From Alphaproteobacteria bacterium (GTDB lineage: Bacteria; Pseudomonadota; Alphaproteobacteria; UBA828), in NCBI GenBank assembly GCA_965221125.1, contig CBDCRW010000006.1, positions 858,750 to 922,749 on the forward strand: a DNA stretch of 64,000 nt, given 5' to 3'. Shown one piece after another: positions 1 through 9,717 of this stretch. A program made the position numbers and the translations under genes. The notes below the pieces were generated by a model. It saw only the letters and a list, made by a program, of their open reading frames with translations. It searched no databases and had not been told where the DNA came from. Position 1 is the stretch's first letter. Each line of letters begins with the position of its first letter.

Positions 1-350
1 TTGACGATCCGGTAGAGATAGACGCGCGCGGTCGCATCGCGCCGCGCATCGAAGGCGGGCGGCACCTCCGCCGCGTCGAGGACGGTGACCGGCGCCGGCC
101 GCAGGTGCGCGTTGAGCGCATCGCGCAGCACGTGCGGCGCGGCGTCTTGGGCGAGGTCCAGGTGGCAGCACTGGCCCTGCGCGTGAACGCCGGAATCGGT
201 CCGGCCCGCGCCATGCACCCTGACCTGCTCGCCGCAGAAGCGCTCGACCGCGCGCTCCAGCGCCTCCTGCACCGAGCGCCCGTCGCCCTGGTGCTGCCAG
301 CCGACGAAGCCGGTGCCGTCGTATTCGAGGGTCAGCCTGTAGCGGGGCAT
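1..350 (-). CDS. truA: tRNA pseudouridine(38-40) synthase TruA (3' part outside window)
   Basis: Not in the ORF track. Manual translation from ATG at 350 gives [19 protein letters not shown]...[20 protein letters not shown] (catalytic RTD motif). Follows fmt, as in the usual def-fmt-truA order. Confidence 0.95.
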   Translation of the reverse strand, partial: MPRYRLTLEYDGTGFVGWQHQGDGRSVQEALERAVERFCGEQVRVHGAGRTDSGVHAQGQCCHLDLAQDAAPHVLRDALNAHLRPAPVTVLDAAEVPPAFDARRDATARVYLYRIV

Positions 351-1279
351 GGCAGCTGCGTGCCCGCCGCGATCGGCCGGCCCCGGAGGAAGGCGTCCGC
401 CGCCATCGGCGCCTTGCCGGCGCGCTGAAGGCGGAGCGGGCGCAGCGCCGAGCCCTCCCCGCAGGCGACGGTGAGCGCCGCGTCGATGACCGTCCCCGGC
501 GGCGCATCCGGTGAGCCAACGGCCTCCGCCGCGGCCAGCACCTTGATGCGCTCGCCCTCATGGCTGAACCAGGCGCCGGGTGCGGGGTTGAGCGCGCGCA
601 CGGTGCGCTCGATGCGCGCTGCCGGCGTGCGCCAGTCGATGGCGTCGTCGTGCTTCTCCAGCTTGGCCGCGTAGGTCGCGCCGTCGTCGGGCTGCGGCGT
701 CTCGGTGAGCGTACCCTGCACGAGCCCGGCGACCGCGTCCACGATCAGCCGGGCGGAAAGTGCCGCGAGCGTGTCGTGCAGCGAACCGCCGGTGGTCTCC
801 GGCCCGATGGGCACCGTCTCCGCCGCAAGGACGGGGCCGGTGTCGAGACCCTCGTCCATCCGCATGACGGTGACGCCGGTCTCCTTATCGCCCGCCATGA
901 TCGCGCGCTGGATCGGCGCCGCGCCCCGCCAGCGCGGCAGCAGCGAGGCGTGGGCGTTGATGCAGCCGAGCCGGGGCGCGGCGAGTGCGGCAGGCGGCAG
1001 GATCAGGCCGTAGGCGACCGTCACCGCGAGGTCGGAGTCCAGCGCCGCGTATGCGGCCTGCACCTCCGCCGGCTTGAGGCTCGGCGGGGTTCTCACCTCG
1101 ATCCCGGTGGCCCCGGCGCGCTCGGCGACCGGCGTCGGGCGCACCCTCTTGCCGCGCGCGGCGGCCCGCGGCGGCTGGGTGTAGACGGCCGCGATGGAAT
1201 GGCCGCGCGCAACGAGCGCGTCGAGGGTGGGGACCGCATAGGCCGGCGTTCCCATGAACACCAGCCTGGCGGGTCTCAT
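332..1279 (-). CDS. fmt: methionyl-tRNA formyltransferase
   Basis: FMGTP N-terminus, [18 protein letters not shown] motif, adjacent to def. Confidence 0.97.
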   Translation of the reverse strand: MRPARLVFMGTPAYAVPTLDALVARGHSIAAVYTQPPRAAARGKRVRPTPVAERAGATGIEVRTPPSLKPAEVQAAYAALDSDLAVTVAYGLILPPAALAAPRLGCINAHASLLPRWRGAAPIQRAIMAGDKETGVTVMRMDEGLDTGPVLAAETVPIGPETTGGSLHDTLAALSARLIVDAVAGLVQGTLTETPQPDDGATYAAKLEKHDDAIDWRTPAARIERTVRALNPAPGAWFSHEGERIKVLAAAEAVGSPDAPPGTVIDAALTVACGEGSALRPLRLQRAGKAPMAADAFLRGRPIAAGTQLPCPATG

Positions 1280-1304
1280 GATGTCCTGCGCGGGGAAAGG
1301 CGTG

Positions 1305-1820
1305 TCAGCCGGCGGCGGCGCGGCGCGCCTTGGTCAGCTTGCGCAGGATGATGCTGCGCTTGACCAGCGACAGGTAGTCCACGAAGAGCACGCCCTCCAG
1401 ATGGTCGATCTCGTGCTGCAGGCAGACGGCGAGCGTGCCGACGGCCGTCAGCTCCTGCGCCGCCCCGGTCTCGTCCTGATAGGCCACCGTCACCGACGCC
1501 GGCCGCTCCACCTCCGCGTAGTGTTCGGGGAAGGAGAGGCAGCCTTCCTCGCGGCTCACGCGCTCGTCCGCGCGCCACACGATCTCGGGGTTGACCAGCT
1601 TGAGCGGCGCCGGCGGCTCGTCCGGCACGTGCACGTCGGTCACGATGCAGCGCCTGGGCACGCCGACTTGGATGGCGGCGAGGCCGATGCCGTCCGACGC
1701 GTACATCGTCTCCAGCATGTCGTCGAGGAGCGCACGCACCTCGTCGTCGACCGCGTCGACGGGCGCGGACCGCGCCTTCAGCCGCTTGTCGGGCGCGGTG
1801 ATGATCGGGCGTATGGCCAT
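1305..1820 (-). CDS. def: peptide deformylase
   Basis: GIGLAAIQVG, EGCLS and QHEIDHLEG motifs. Confidence 0.98.
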   Translation of the reverse strand: MAIRPIITAPDKRLKARSAPVDAVDDEVRALLDDMLETMYASDGIGLAAIQVGVPRRCIVTDVHVPDEPPAPLKLVNPEIVWRADERVSREEGCLSFPEHYAEVERPASVTVAYQDETGAAQELTAVGTLAVCLQHEIDHLEGVLFVDYLSLVKRSIILRKLTKARRAAAG

Positions 1821-1887
1821 CGCAATCGGTGCAGGCAGAGCCGTTGCTTAGCTATGACGCCGGGTGGCCGAGGTCAAGCGCGTGCGC

Positions 1888-2856
1888 TCAGCCTTCGGCC
1901 TTGGGGCGCACCTCCTCGGCGAACTCCGTGATGGCGTCGAGGGTCTCCTCGATGCTCTCGCGCAGGAACTGCAGCAGCAGGTGGCGGCAGCCGAGCGCGC
2001 GGAGCGCCCGGATGTCGCCCGCGATGTCGTCGGCCGCGCCGGAGAGCAGCATCCGCTCGCCCGTATCGGTCATGATCGGCTCCCGGTCCGCGCCGTACCA
2101 GACGGCCCAGAAGGCGAGGTCGATCTCCGCCGGGTCGCGGCCTTCGGCCTCCGCCATGGCGCGCAGATCGTCGAGGGAGGCGGAGAAGCGGCCGATGGTG
2201 TCCAGCGGGAAGCGCGGGTTGCAGCCGATGGGGAACCAGGCGTCGCCGTAGCGCGCCGTGCGGCGCTTCGCCGGCTTGCTTTCACCGCCGACCCAGATGG
2301 GCGGGTGCGGCTGCTGCACTGGCTTCGGGTGGAACAGGATGTTGTCGAAGGAGGTGAATTCGCCCTCGTACTTCGGCGCATCGGCGGTCCAGAGCTCCTT
2401 GTAGATGCGGAGGTACTCGTCGGTGGCCCGGCCGCGGGCGTCGAACGGCGGCGCGCCGACGGGCGGGAACTCCTCGGCCATCCAGCCCGCGCCGACGCCC
2501 ACGATCACGCGCCCGCCGGAGAGCAGGTCGATGGTCGACAGCAGCTTCGCGGTCAGCACCGGCTGGCGGTAGGGCACGACCATCACCGAGGTGAGCAGCC
2601 GCATCTCCTGCGTGATGCCCGCGAGGTAGGCCATGAGCGCGATCGGCTCCAGGCACTCGCCGGCGAGCAGGGTGGGGAAGTTCAGCGAGCCGTCGGGCGA
2701 ATAGGGGTAGGGCGAATCGATGCCCTTGGGCACCACGATGTGGTCCGGGATCGCGAGAATGCGGTAGCCGAGTTTCTCGCCGTGCTGGGCGATGGTCCCG
2801 ATGTGCTCCGGCACGGCCAGCGGCCCGCCGTTGGGTACGTTGAAGCCGTATTCCAT
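1888..2856 (-). CDS. LLM-class (luciferase-like) oxidoreductase, probable F420-dependent subgroup
   Basis: PDH, LLTSVMVVPYRQP, DLLSGGR..GVGAGW, PPIWVGG..RRTARYGDAWFP pattern. Cofactor (F420 vs FMN) is inferred. Confidence 0.85.
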   Translation of the reverse strand: MEYGFNVPNGGPLAVPEHIGTIAQHGEKLGYRILAIPDHIVVPKGIDSPYPYSPDGSLNFPTLLAGECLEPIALMAYLAGITQEMRLLTSVMVVPYRQPVLTAKLLSTIDLLSGGRVIVGVGAGWMAEEFPPVGAPPFDARGRATDEYLRIYKELWTADAPKYEGEFTSFDNILFHPKPVQQPHPPIWVGGESKPAKRRTARYGDAWFPIGCNPRFPLDTIGRFSASLDDLRAMAEAEGRDPAEIDLAFWAVWYGADREPIMTDTGERMLLSGAADDIAGDIRALRALGCRHLLLQFLRESIEETLDAITEFAEEVRPKAEG

Positions 2857-2969
2857 TCCCTTGTCCCGTCAGGTTGGAGGTTCACCCTGGCATGCCGCCT
2901 TGCGGGCGACGGCGCACGTTCTAGCCCGGATTTCTCGTCACTGTCACGGCCCGCGTCGCGGCGGGACGC

Positions 2970-3956
2970 TCACACGTAGCCGTTGGCCTCGAACCAGCTC
3001 AGCGCATCGGCCAGCGCTTCGCGTGCGGGCCGGGCCGTGTAGCCGAGCTCGCGTTCGGCCTTGGCGGACGAGAAGAACATCATCTTGCGTGCCATGCGCA
3101 GGCTGTCGCGGGTGAGTCTCGGCTCGCCGCCCGCGATGCGCGCCCAGGCTTCGCCGGCGGCGGCCACCGGCGCGAGCATGCGGTGATTCAGTCGGATGCG
3201 CGGCGCGGGCCGCCCCGTGATCCCGGCCAGGCATTCGAGGATCTCGCGCAGGCTCATGTCCTCGCCGCCGAGGATGTAGCGCTCGCCGATTGCGCCACGC
3301 TCCAGCGCCTGCAGGTGCCCGGCGGCGCAGTCGTCGACGTGGACCACGTTGAGCCCGGTATCGACGTAGGCCGGCATGCGCCCCGTGGCAAAGTCGACGA
3401 TGATCCGCCCGGTGGGCGTCGGCTTGATGTCGCGCGGGCCGATGGGGGCGGAGGGGTTGACGATGACCGCCGGCACGCCTTCGTCGCGCACCAGCGCGCG
3501 CACGGCCTCCTCCGCCAGGAACTTCGAGCGCTTGTAGTGGCCGATCATGGCGGCCTCGGTTACCGGCGTCTCCTCGTCGGCGGGCGTGCGGTCGGCGTTG
3601 AGGCCCAGGGTGGCGACGCTCGACGTGTAGACGATGCGCGTGGCCCCGGCGGCGGCGGCGGCGCGCAGCAAATCGCGGGAGCCCTCCACGTTGGTGCGGT
3701 AGATCGCCGGCGGATCGGGAATCCAGAGGCGATAGTCGGCCGCCACGTGAAAGAGCGTGTCGCAGCCGCGCGCGGCGCGTTCCAGCGAGGGACGGTCGTT
3801 GAGGTCGCCGGTCGCGCGTTCCACGTCGAGTCCGTCGATGTTGCGCGTGTCAGTGCCGGTCCGCGTCAACACGCGCACCGCGTGGCCGGCGTCGAGCAGC
3901 GTGCGCGCGACAGCCGAGCCGAGGAAGCCGGTCGCGCCGGTGACGAGCGTGGTCAT
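2970..3956 (-). CDS. HpnA-like NAD-dependent epimerase/dehydratase (hopanoid-associated sugar epimerase family)
   Basis: Start at ATG 3956 (MTTLVTGATGFLGS, Rossmann), FHVAADYRLW, HYKRSK (YxxxK), GPRDIKPTPTG. ATGA overlap with the upstream gene's stop. Confidence 0.85.
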   Translation of the reverse strand: MTTLVTGATGFLGSAVARTLLDAGHAVRVLTRTGTDTRNIDGLDVERATGDLNDRPSLERAARGCDTLFHVAADYRLWIPDPPAIYRTNVEGSRDLLRAAAAAGATRIVYTSSVATLGLNADRTPADEETPVTEAAMIGHYKRSKFLAEEAVRALVRDEGVPAVIVNPSAPIGPRDIKPTPTGRIIVDFATGRMPAYVDTGLNVVHVDDCAAGHLQALERGAIGERYILGGEDMSLREILECLAGITGRPAPRIRLNHRMLAPVAAAGEAWARIAGGEPRLTRDSLRMARKMMFFSSAKAERELGYTARPAREALADALSWFEANGYV

Positions 3957-4636
3957 GCCTGCGTCTCCGGCAGCCTGCCGAACAGGAGCCGCCGTTCCCG
4001 CCAGACGAGCCAGATTGCGTAGAGTGGCGCCAGCCCTACGCCCGCCAACAGCAGCACGATCAGGCCGCCGCCCCAGGTGATCGGCCCGATGAAGTACATC
4101 GTGTCCTCCAGGTGGAATCCCTTGAACATCGGCTGGCGGGCCTGGCGCGTGCCGGCGCGCTGCTCGATCCGCCAGAACAGGAAGAACAGCGTCGAGACCG
4201 AAACGCCCGCTATCAGGCCGAGCCAGGGTGCCCAGTCGCCGATCCAGCTCCCCTGCAGGCCGATGCCGATGCAGAGGAAGAGCGCCACGTGGATCACGGC
4301 GTCGGAGTAGTTGTCGAAGTGGTAGCCGAAGCGGCTCGACTTGCCGGACAGCCTGGCCAGCTCGCCGTCCATGTGATCGACGAAGTTCGACAGCATGAAG
4401 AGCCCGGCGGCATAGAGGATCTCCGGCCGCGTGCCGGTGGCGAAGAGCCCGCAGGCCGCGAGCCCGAGCAGCAGCCTGAACGTCGTGATGTGGTTCGGCG
4501 TGACCGGCGTGTGCACCAGCGGGCGCACCATCCAGCCGGCGAGCCGCTGGTCCCACGCCTTGCGCGGCTTCGCCGCCTCGGGCCCAGCCTTCTCCTCGCC
4601 GCCGCCGTCCCCAGCGGCCGTCTTGCGTTCGACCAT
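3953..4636 (-). CDS. CDP-alcohol phosphatidyltransferase family protein
   Basis: TPNHIT plus full signature DHMDGELARLSGKSSRFGYHFDNYSD (DxxDGxxAR-x8-GxxxDxxxD), several TM segments. Confidence 0.92.
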   Translation of the reverse strand: MVERKTAAGDGGGEEKAGPEAAKPRKAWDQRLAGWMVRPLVHTPVTPNHITTFRLLLGLAACGLFATGTRPEILYAAGLFMLSNFVDHMDGELARLSGKSSRFGYHFDNYSDAVIHVALFLCIGIGLQGSWIGDWAPWLGLIAGVSVSTLFFLFWRIEQRAGTRQARQPMFKGFHLEDTMYFIGPITWGGGLIVLLLAGVGLAPLYAIWLVWRERRLLFGRLPETQA

Positions 4637-4687
4637 GGGCCGTCATATAGCCCGAAACGGGCCTGAGACAACGCCGGACATTTCGCC

Positions 4688-5422
4688 ATGCGTGCCGTCA
4701 TCCTCGCCGCCGGCGTCGGCCGGCGCCTCGGGGTCGAGGAGCCCAAGGTGCTGCTGCGTTTCGGCGGCCGCACGCTGCTGGAGCGCCACCTCGCCATTCT
4801 GGCCGCGCTCGACGTTCGCGACGTGACGGTCGGCATCGGCCACGAGGCCCTCGCCATCGAGCGCGCGCTGGCGTCGCTCGGGCAGACTGACGTTTCCACC
4901 ATCTACAATCCCGACTACGAGCAGGGCAGCATTCTCACGCTCCGGTGCGTGCGCGAGGCGCTCACGGCGGGCGGCCCGGTGCTGCTCATGGATGGCGACG
5001 TGCTCTACGACCGCCGCGTCCTTGCCCCCCTGGTCGAGACCCGCCATGCCGATTGCCTGCTGGTGGACCGCGCCTACGAGCCGGGCGACGAGCCGGTCAA
5101 GGTCGGCGTCGAGAGCGGCGTGCCCGTCGATTTCGGCAAGACCATCGACCCTGCGGTGAACGCCCTGGGCGAATCGGTCGGCTTCTTCCGCCTCGGCGAG
5201 GGGACGGCGAACGCGCTGATCGAGACGGCCGGGCGGATGATCGACGGCGGCGGCAGCGAGCGCCCCATGGAGGACGCCGTGGCCGCCGTCCTCCGCGCCG
5301 CCAGCCCGCCCTTCGGCTTCGAGGACGTGACCGGGCTGCCCTGGATCGAGATCGACTTTCCCGAGGACGTGGAGCGCGCCGAGAGTGTTATCCTGCCCGA
5401 GCTTGTTGAGAACGGCGGCTGA
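4688..5422 (+). CDS. phosphocholine cytidylyltransferase (LicC/IPCT-like) NTP transferase
   Basis: ILAAGVGRRL..PK, MDGDVLYD, GESVG, WIEIDFPED motifs. Confidence 0.88.
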   Translation: MRAVILAAGVGRRLGVEEPKVLLRFGGRTLLERHLAILAALDVRDVTVGIGHEALAIERALASLGQTDVSTIYNPDYEQGSILTLRCVREALTAGGPVLLMDGDVLYDRRVLAPLVETRHADCLLVDRAYEPGDEPVKVGVESGVPVDFGKTIDPAVNALGESVGFFRLGEGTANALIETAGRMIDGGGSERPMEDAVAAVLRAASPPFGFEDVTGLPWIEIDFPEDVERAESVILPELVENGG

Positions 5423-5453
5423 GGCCTAACCGAGACTTGTGTTCTCCGATCAC

Positions 5454-5472
5454 TTAGCTATATGTTTAGCTA
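5454..5472 (+). promoter_or_regulatory. putative autoregulatory operator of the TA operon
   Basis: TTAGCTA-TATGT-TTAGCTA: two copies of palindromic TAGCTA in an AT-rich patch just upstream of the antitoxin. Confidence 0.5.
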
Positions 5473-5500
5473 GATCGAATTGCAGCCGAGGCGGTACATT

Positions 5501-5734
5501 ATGACCGTCGTAAATGTTCATGAGGCCAAGACCCAGCTATCGCGTCTGCTCGCGCAGGCCGAGGCCGGAGAAGAAGTGGTGATCGCCCGCCGCGGCGAGC
5601 CCGTAGCGCGGCTCGTCGCCTGCAAGCCTCCGAAGAAACGGCGCCCCGGCCGGCTCAAAGGCAAGATCGTCATTCCCGACGATTTCTTCGACCCGTTGCC
5701 GGAGGAGGAGCTTAAGCTCTGGGAAGGCGGATAG
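5501..5734 (+). CDS. type II antitoxin, Phd/YefM family
   Basis: MTVVNVHEAKTQLSRLL..GEEVVIARRGEPVARL, directly upstream of a PIN toxin. Confidence 0.93.
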   Translation: MTVVNVHEAKTQLSRLLAQAEAGEEVVIARRGEPVARLVACKPPKKRRPGRLKGKIVIPDDFFDPLPEEELKLWEGG

Positions 5735-5737
5735 GCG

Positions 5738-6124
5738 GTGCGGGTGCTGCTGGATACCCATGCATTTCTCTGGTGGATTGAAGACAGCCCCAACCTTCCT
5801 TCAACCGCACGCCAAGTCATCGCGGACGAAACTAACGAGATCGTCGTCAGCGCCGCTTCGGCGTGGGAAATCGCCACAAAGTATCGGCTCGGTAAGCTGC
5901 CCGAGGCTGAAGCCGTAGCGACTGATGTCGCAAGGTGCATCGCCGAAGAGGGCTTCGAGGCACTGGCGGTCAGCGTTGCCGATGCCGAACGTGCCGGACG
6001 TTTGCCGGGCCATCACCGTGACCCGTTCGACCGAATGCTGATCGCCCAGGCACTCGGACATGATCTGTCCATTGTCTCGGTCGACGCAGAGTTTGACCGC
6101 TATGGTGTGAACCGCCTCTGGTAG
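5738..6124 (+). CDS. vapC: type II toxin, VapC PIN-domain ribonuclease
   Basis: LLDTHAFLWW, SAASAWEI, HRDPFDRMLIAQA. Confidence 0.93.
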   Translation: MRVLLDTHAFLWWIEDSPNLPSTARQVIADETNEIVVSAASAWEIATKYRLGKLPEAEAVATDVARCIAEEGFEALAVSVADAERAGRLPGHHRDPFDRMLIAQALGHDLSIVSVDAEFDRYGVNRLW

Positions 6125-6206
6125 ACCCGCCCGCCGATTGGACGCAGGTCCAAGGCCTCACCATAATGGGCGCCTCAAACGGAGAACGCCGCCAGGGAGG
6201 CGCACC

Positions 6207-7310
6207 ATGAAGCTCGGCATGTTCATGCACCCGATTCAGGACTTCCGGCGGGGCTACCACACGCTGCTGAAGGAAGACTTCGAGATCATCAAGTGCGCCG
6301 ACGCGGTCGGCTTCGACGAGGTCTGGCTCGGCGAGCACTTCGCGCTTCCCTCCGAGCCGATCCAGTCGCCGCTCATGCTCTTCGCCGCGCTGGTGCCCCA
6401 GACCGAGCGCATCAAGTTCGGCTCCGGCGTCCTCTGCCTGCCCTATCAGCACCCGGCCATCGTCGCCGGCCAGGCGGCGCAGTTCGACCACATCTCCGAG
6501 GGCCGCTTCCTCATGGGGATCGGGCCGGGCGCCACCCCGCCCGACTTCGAGATGTTCAAGATCACCGACCTCGACCGCATGGAGATGCTGGTCGAGTCCA
6601 TCGACATGATCCACGGCATCTGGGCGCAGGACCCGCCCTACGAGTTCCACGGCAAGTACTGGGACTTCGTGATACGGGACAACGTGCTGAACGACATCGG
6701 CGTGGGCGGGATGGGCAAGCCCTACCAGCAGCCCCATCCGCCCGTGATGATCCCGGCCATGAGCCGGGGCTCCGGCAGCATCCGCCTCGCCGCCCAGCGC
6801 GACTGGATGTGCATCTCCGCCAACTTCGTGCCCGACGAGGTGCTCAAGGGCCACTGGCGCGACTACCTGGACGAGTGCAGGAAGCTCCAGAAGCAGCCCG
6901 ACCCGTCGAAGTGGAAGGCTGGCCGCACCCTGCTCATCACCGAGACCGACGAGGAGGCGCGCCAGTATCTCCGGCGCGAGGACAACGCCTTCCGCTGGTA
7001 TTTCGAGTACATCATCGGCGTCACCAGCCACGGCGGCTTCGTCCACATGCTGAAGTCGGACCCCGACATGCCGGACGACGAGGTGACGCCCGAGTACTGC
7101 ATCGACACCATCGTCACCGCCGGCAGCCCCAAGACGGTGGCGCGGAAGATCGCCGAGTTCCGCGACGAGGTGGGGCCGTTCGAGACCCTCATCGTCTCGC
7201 ACCACGACTGGGTGCATAAAGACCTGTGGCGGCGCCACATGGAGCTCACGGCGACGGAGCTCATGCCCAGGCTCCGCGCGGAGATCGGCTGGCAGGCGGC
7301 GGCCGAGTAG
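6207..7310 (+). CDS. LLM-class flavin-dependent monooxygenase
   Basis: MKLGMFMHP..GFDEVWLGEH, DHISEGRFLMGIGPG, KPYQQPHPP. GGAGG SD before ATG 6207. Confidence 0.88.
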   Translation: MKLGMFMHPIQDFRRGYHTLLKEDFEIIKCADAVGFDEVWLGEHFALPSEPIQSPLMLFAALVPQTERIKFGSGVLCLPYQHPAIVAGQAAQFDHISEGRFLMGIGPGATPPDFEMFKITDLDRMEMLVESIDMIHGIWAQDPPYEFHGKYWDFVIRDNVLNDIGVGGMGKPYQQPHPPVMIPAMSRGSGSIRLAAQRDWMCISANFVPDEVLKGHWRDYLDECRKLQKQPDPSKWKAGRTLLITETDEEARQYLRREDNAFRWYFEYIIGVTSHGGFVHMLKSDPDMPDDEVTPEYCIDTIVTAGSPKTVARKIAEFRDEVGPFETLIVSHHDWVHKDLWRRHMELTATELMPRLRAEIGWQAAAE

Positions 7311-7329
7311 AGGGGTACGCCGGGCGGCC

Positions 7330-8817
7330 TTATTCGGTGACGATCTTCACGAGCTGACCGGCCTGCAAGCCCTCGCCGGCGCTGAGGCCGTTCAGGACGC
7401 GGAACCGCTCGGTGCGGAAGTCGTTGAACGGCATGCGGGCCGCGAGCGATTCCACGGTATCGGCGGCGGCAACCTCGACGACCCGAAGCCTGAGCGGGCG
7501 GAGGTTGGCGGCCTGCCGCTGGCTGAGCCGCCTGAAGCTCCCCATCATCTGCCGGAAGGGTGCGGCGAACTCCGGCGTCCGCTCCGGCGGCGTCACGAAG
7601 AAGAAGCGGTAGACGCGCTCGGGCGCCGCGCGGATGGCGACGAGCCGGATGTCGCGCACGCCCGAGGCGGTGCGGACGCGGGTGCGCGCAGCCACGGCGT
7701 CGAGGCCGTCGATGGCCAGGCGTTCGACCCTGTCGAGCGGCACCTTCGATGCCCAGATGTCCCGCAGGTAGCGCGCGGTGCCGGTCGCCGGGTCCTTCGG
7801 CCTGGCCTCGTCGAAGCGCAGCAGCGCGCCAGTCGGATGGGTGCCCACCACCGCGAGCGGGCCGTTGCGCAGGCGAAAGCCCGGCGGGGCGGTGAAGGCG
7901 ATCCGCAGGCGCGGATGGGCGAACGCCCGGCCGCGGACGAACCCGTTCTCCGGCGAATCGCCGAACATCATGCCGTCGATCCGTCTCAGGTAGGCGTCAC
8001 GGGCACGGTCGCCGCCGAATTGGGCCCGCGCGGCCTCGGCGGCCATCCTCACGCGGTCGGCGGTGCGCGGATGGCTCGCAAACAGGCCCGGCGACGCTTC
8101 CTCGCCCCGCGCCCCGGCCATCATCCGCTGGAGCGCGCTCTCGGCTCCCATCGTCTCCAGAAAGCTCGACATCGCCGTCGCGTCGAAGCCGCTGCGGCTC
8201 AGGTAGCGCACTCCCAGCATGTCCGCCTGCAGCTCCTGCGCGCGCGAATACCCTTTCACGTAGGCGCCGGCCGCGAGCTGCGCGAAGTCCGAGTCGCCGT
8301 CGCTGTCGATGACCGCGCCGAGCAGGGCCGCGCCGAGGCCCGCCACCACGCCGTGGCTGTAGCGCTCGGCGCTGTGGCGCGCCGTCACGTGGCCGATCTC
8401 GTGGGCGATCACGCCAGCGAGCTCGGCTTCGTCGTTGGCGAGCGCCATCAGGCCGCGCGTGACATGGATGTAGCCCCCCGGCAGGGCGAAGGCGTTGACC
8501 TCGGGGCTGTCGAGGACGACGAAGGTGAACGGCGGTTCGGGCTGCTCCGTGGTCTGCTGAACGCGCCTGCCCAGAGCCGCGACGTAGCGCTGGAGCGCCG
8601 GGTCGTCGTAGAGGCCGCCCAGCGCCTTCACCAGCCTGGGATGCTCCTGGGCGCCGATGCGCCGCTCCTCCTCCGGCGACATCAGGGCGGTGAACTGCTC
8701 CTCGCCGGTCGCGGGATTGACGCTGCACCCGCCGAGCACGAGCGGCGCGGCTGCGGCAAGCGCGAGACCCAGCGCCACGACTGCCGGTGCGGCCGCCGCG
8801 CGGTGGAGCCCCGTCAC
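7330..8817 (-). CDS. M48 family zinc metalloprotease lipoprotein with C-terminal LysM-like domain
   Basis: Lipobox LGGC-SVNPATG, NAFALPGG, HEIGH (HExxH), SHP. GTG start overlaps the upstream stop (GTGA). Confidence 0.88.
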   Translation of the reverse strand: MTGLHRAAAAPAVVALGLALAAAAPLVLGGCSVNPATGEEQFTALMSPEEERRIGAQEHPRLVKALGGLYDDPALQRYVAALGRRVQQTTEQPEPPFTFVVLDSPEVNAFALPGGYIHVTRGLMALANDEAELAGVIAHEIGHVTARHSAERYSHGVVAGLGAALLGAVIDSDGDSDFAQLAAGAYVKGYSRAQELQADMLGVRYLSRSGFDATAMSSFLETMGAESALQRMMAGARGEEASPGLFASHPRTADRVRMAAEAARAQFGGDRARDAYLRRIDGMMFGDSPENGFVRGRAFAHPRLRIAFTAPPGFRLRNGPLAVVGTHPTGALLRFDEARPKDPATGTARYLRDIWASKVPLDRVERLAIDGLDAVAARTRVRTASGVRDIRLVAIRAAPERVYRFFFVTPPERTPEFAAPFRQMMGSFRRLSQRQAANLRPLRLRVVEVAAADTVESLAARMPFNDFRTERFRVLNGLSAGEGLQAGQLVKIVTE

Positions 8818-9611
8818 TTGAGAACCTCGATCTGCTCGGGATGCGTGGCCTCGATCATGGGGCCGTTGAAGGACTCGACCCAGCCGCGCACGCGCACCAG
8901 TCGCCCCTCGTAGTCCTCGACGGCAATGCCCGCGGCCTCGAAGCGCCGGCGGTCGCGCGGCCCGATCGAGACGGTGAAGTCCTCGCGCCAGTCGGCGCCG
9001 AAGTTGAGGTAGCCGCGGCCGCGCACCACCGCTGCGGCCTTCACCCGCCCTTCGACGAGCTGGAAGCTGCCGAGTCCGGCGCCGGCATCGCTTGCGGCCC
9101 GCACCCGGTAGTTGGGCTGAGACCAGAGGCCGAGCCCGCCCGCCCGCGCCCGACGCTCGATCGCGAGCATGTCGGCAACCGCCGTCCGGTCGTTGATGAG
9201 GCTGTGGACCCGCGCCAGTCCGCGGGCGAGAAGCGCGCCCTGAATCCACGCGCCGTCGTCCATCCTCACGAGGTGGGCGCGCAGGCGGCCGTAGCGGTCC
9301 CGCCGGGCGCCGCCCAGCGCCAGGCCGACCCGGCGCCCCTGCACGAGCGCCGCGAGCGCCTGCCGCGCCTCCATCGCGAGCTGCGCGTCAGGCGAAGCGG
9401 CGTCCTCGTGCGCGAGACCCGGTGCCTCGATGCCGGCGAGCCGCACCGTCTCCCCGTCATCGAGCAGGACCGTGCCGGCGTCGATGACCTCGACCGCACG
9501 GGCCTCACGCTCCACCGCGAGGCCGAGCGGAGGCGGAACTGCCGGGTCGTCCGCGGCAACCGCCGCCTTCGCGGCGAGAACGAGGAGCAAGACCGCGGCG
9601 AGTCGGGTCAT
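8814..9611 (-). CDS. secreted thermonuclease (SNase-like) family protein with C-terminal OB-like extension
   Basis: Signal peptide MTRLAAVLLLVLAAKAAVA, VRLAGIEAP, RDRYGRLRAH, GLARV, ARAGGLGLW. Confidence 0.85.
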   Translation of the reverse strand: MTRLAAVLLLVLAAKAAVAADDPAVPPPLGLAVEREARAVEVIDAGTVLLDDGETVRLAGIEAPGLAHEDAASPDAQLAMEARQALAALVQGRRVGLALGGARRDRYGRLRAHLVRMDDGAWIQGALLARGLARVHSLINDRTAVADMLAIERRARAGGLGLWSQPNYRVRAASDAGAGLGSFQLVEGRVKAAAVVRGRGYLNFGADWREDFTVSIGPRDRRRFEAAGIAVEDYEGRLVRVRGWVESFNGPMIEATHPEQIEVLK

Positions 9612-9717
9612 GGCGCGAGTATAGCGTTCCGCTCTCGGGCCAACGCGCGGCTTCTCAAGCGGGCGGCAAGCCCGTAATGTCTGCGCGGCACACGGCCCAG
9701 CGCGGGGAGGGCGCAGC

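Noticed and set aside
2970-4646. Apparent 558-aa fusion ORF (similar over-extended ORFs at 7330-9249, 32617-33975, 39336-41252 and in dcw)
   Set aside because: The N-terminal extensions are off-frame read-through of the upstream gene. Real starts have SD sequences or stop-start overlaps.
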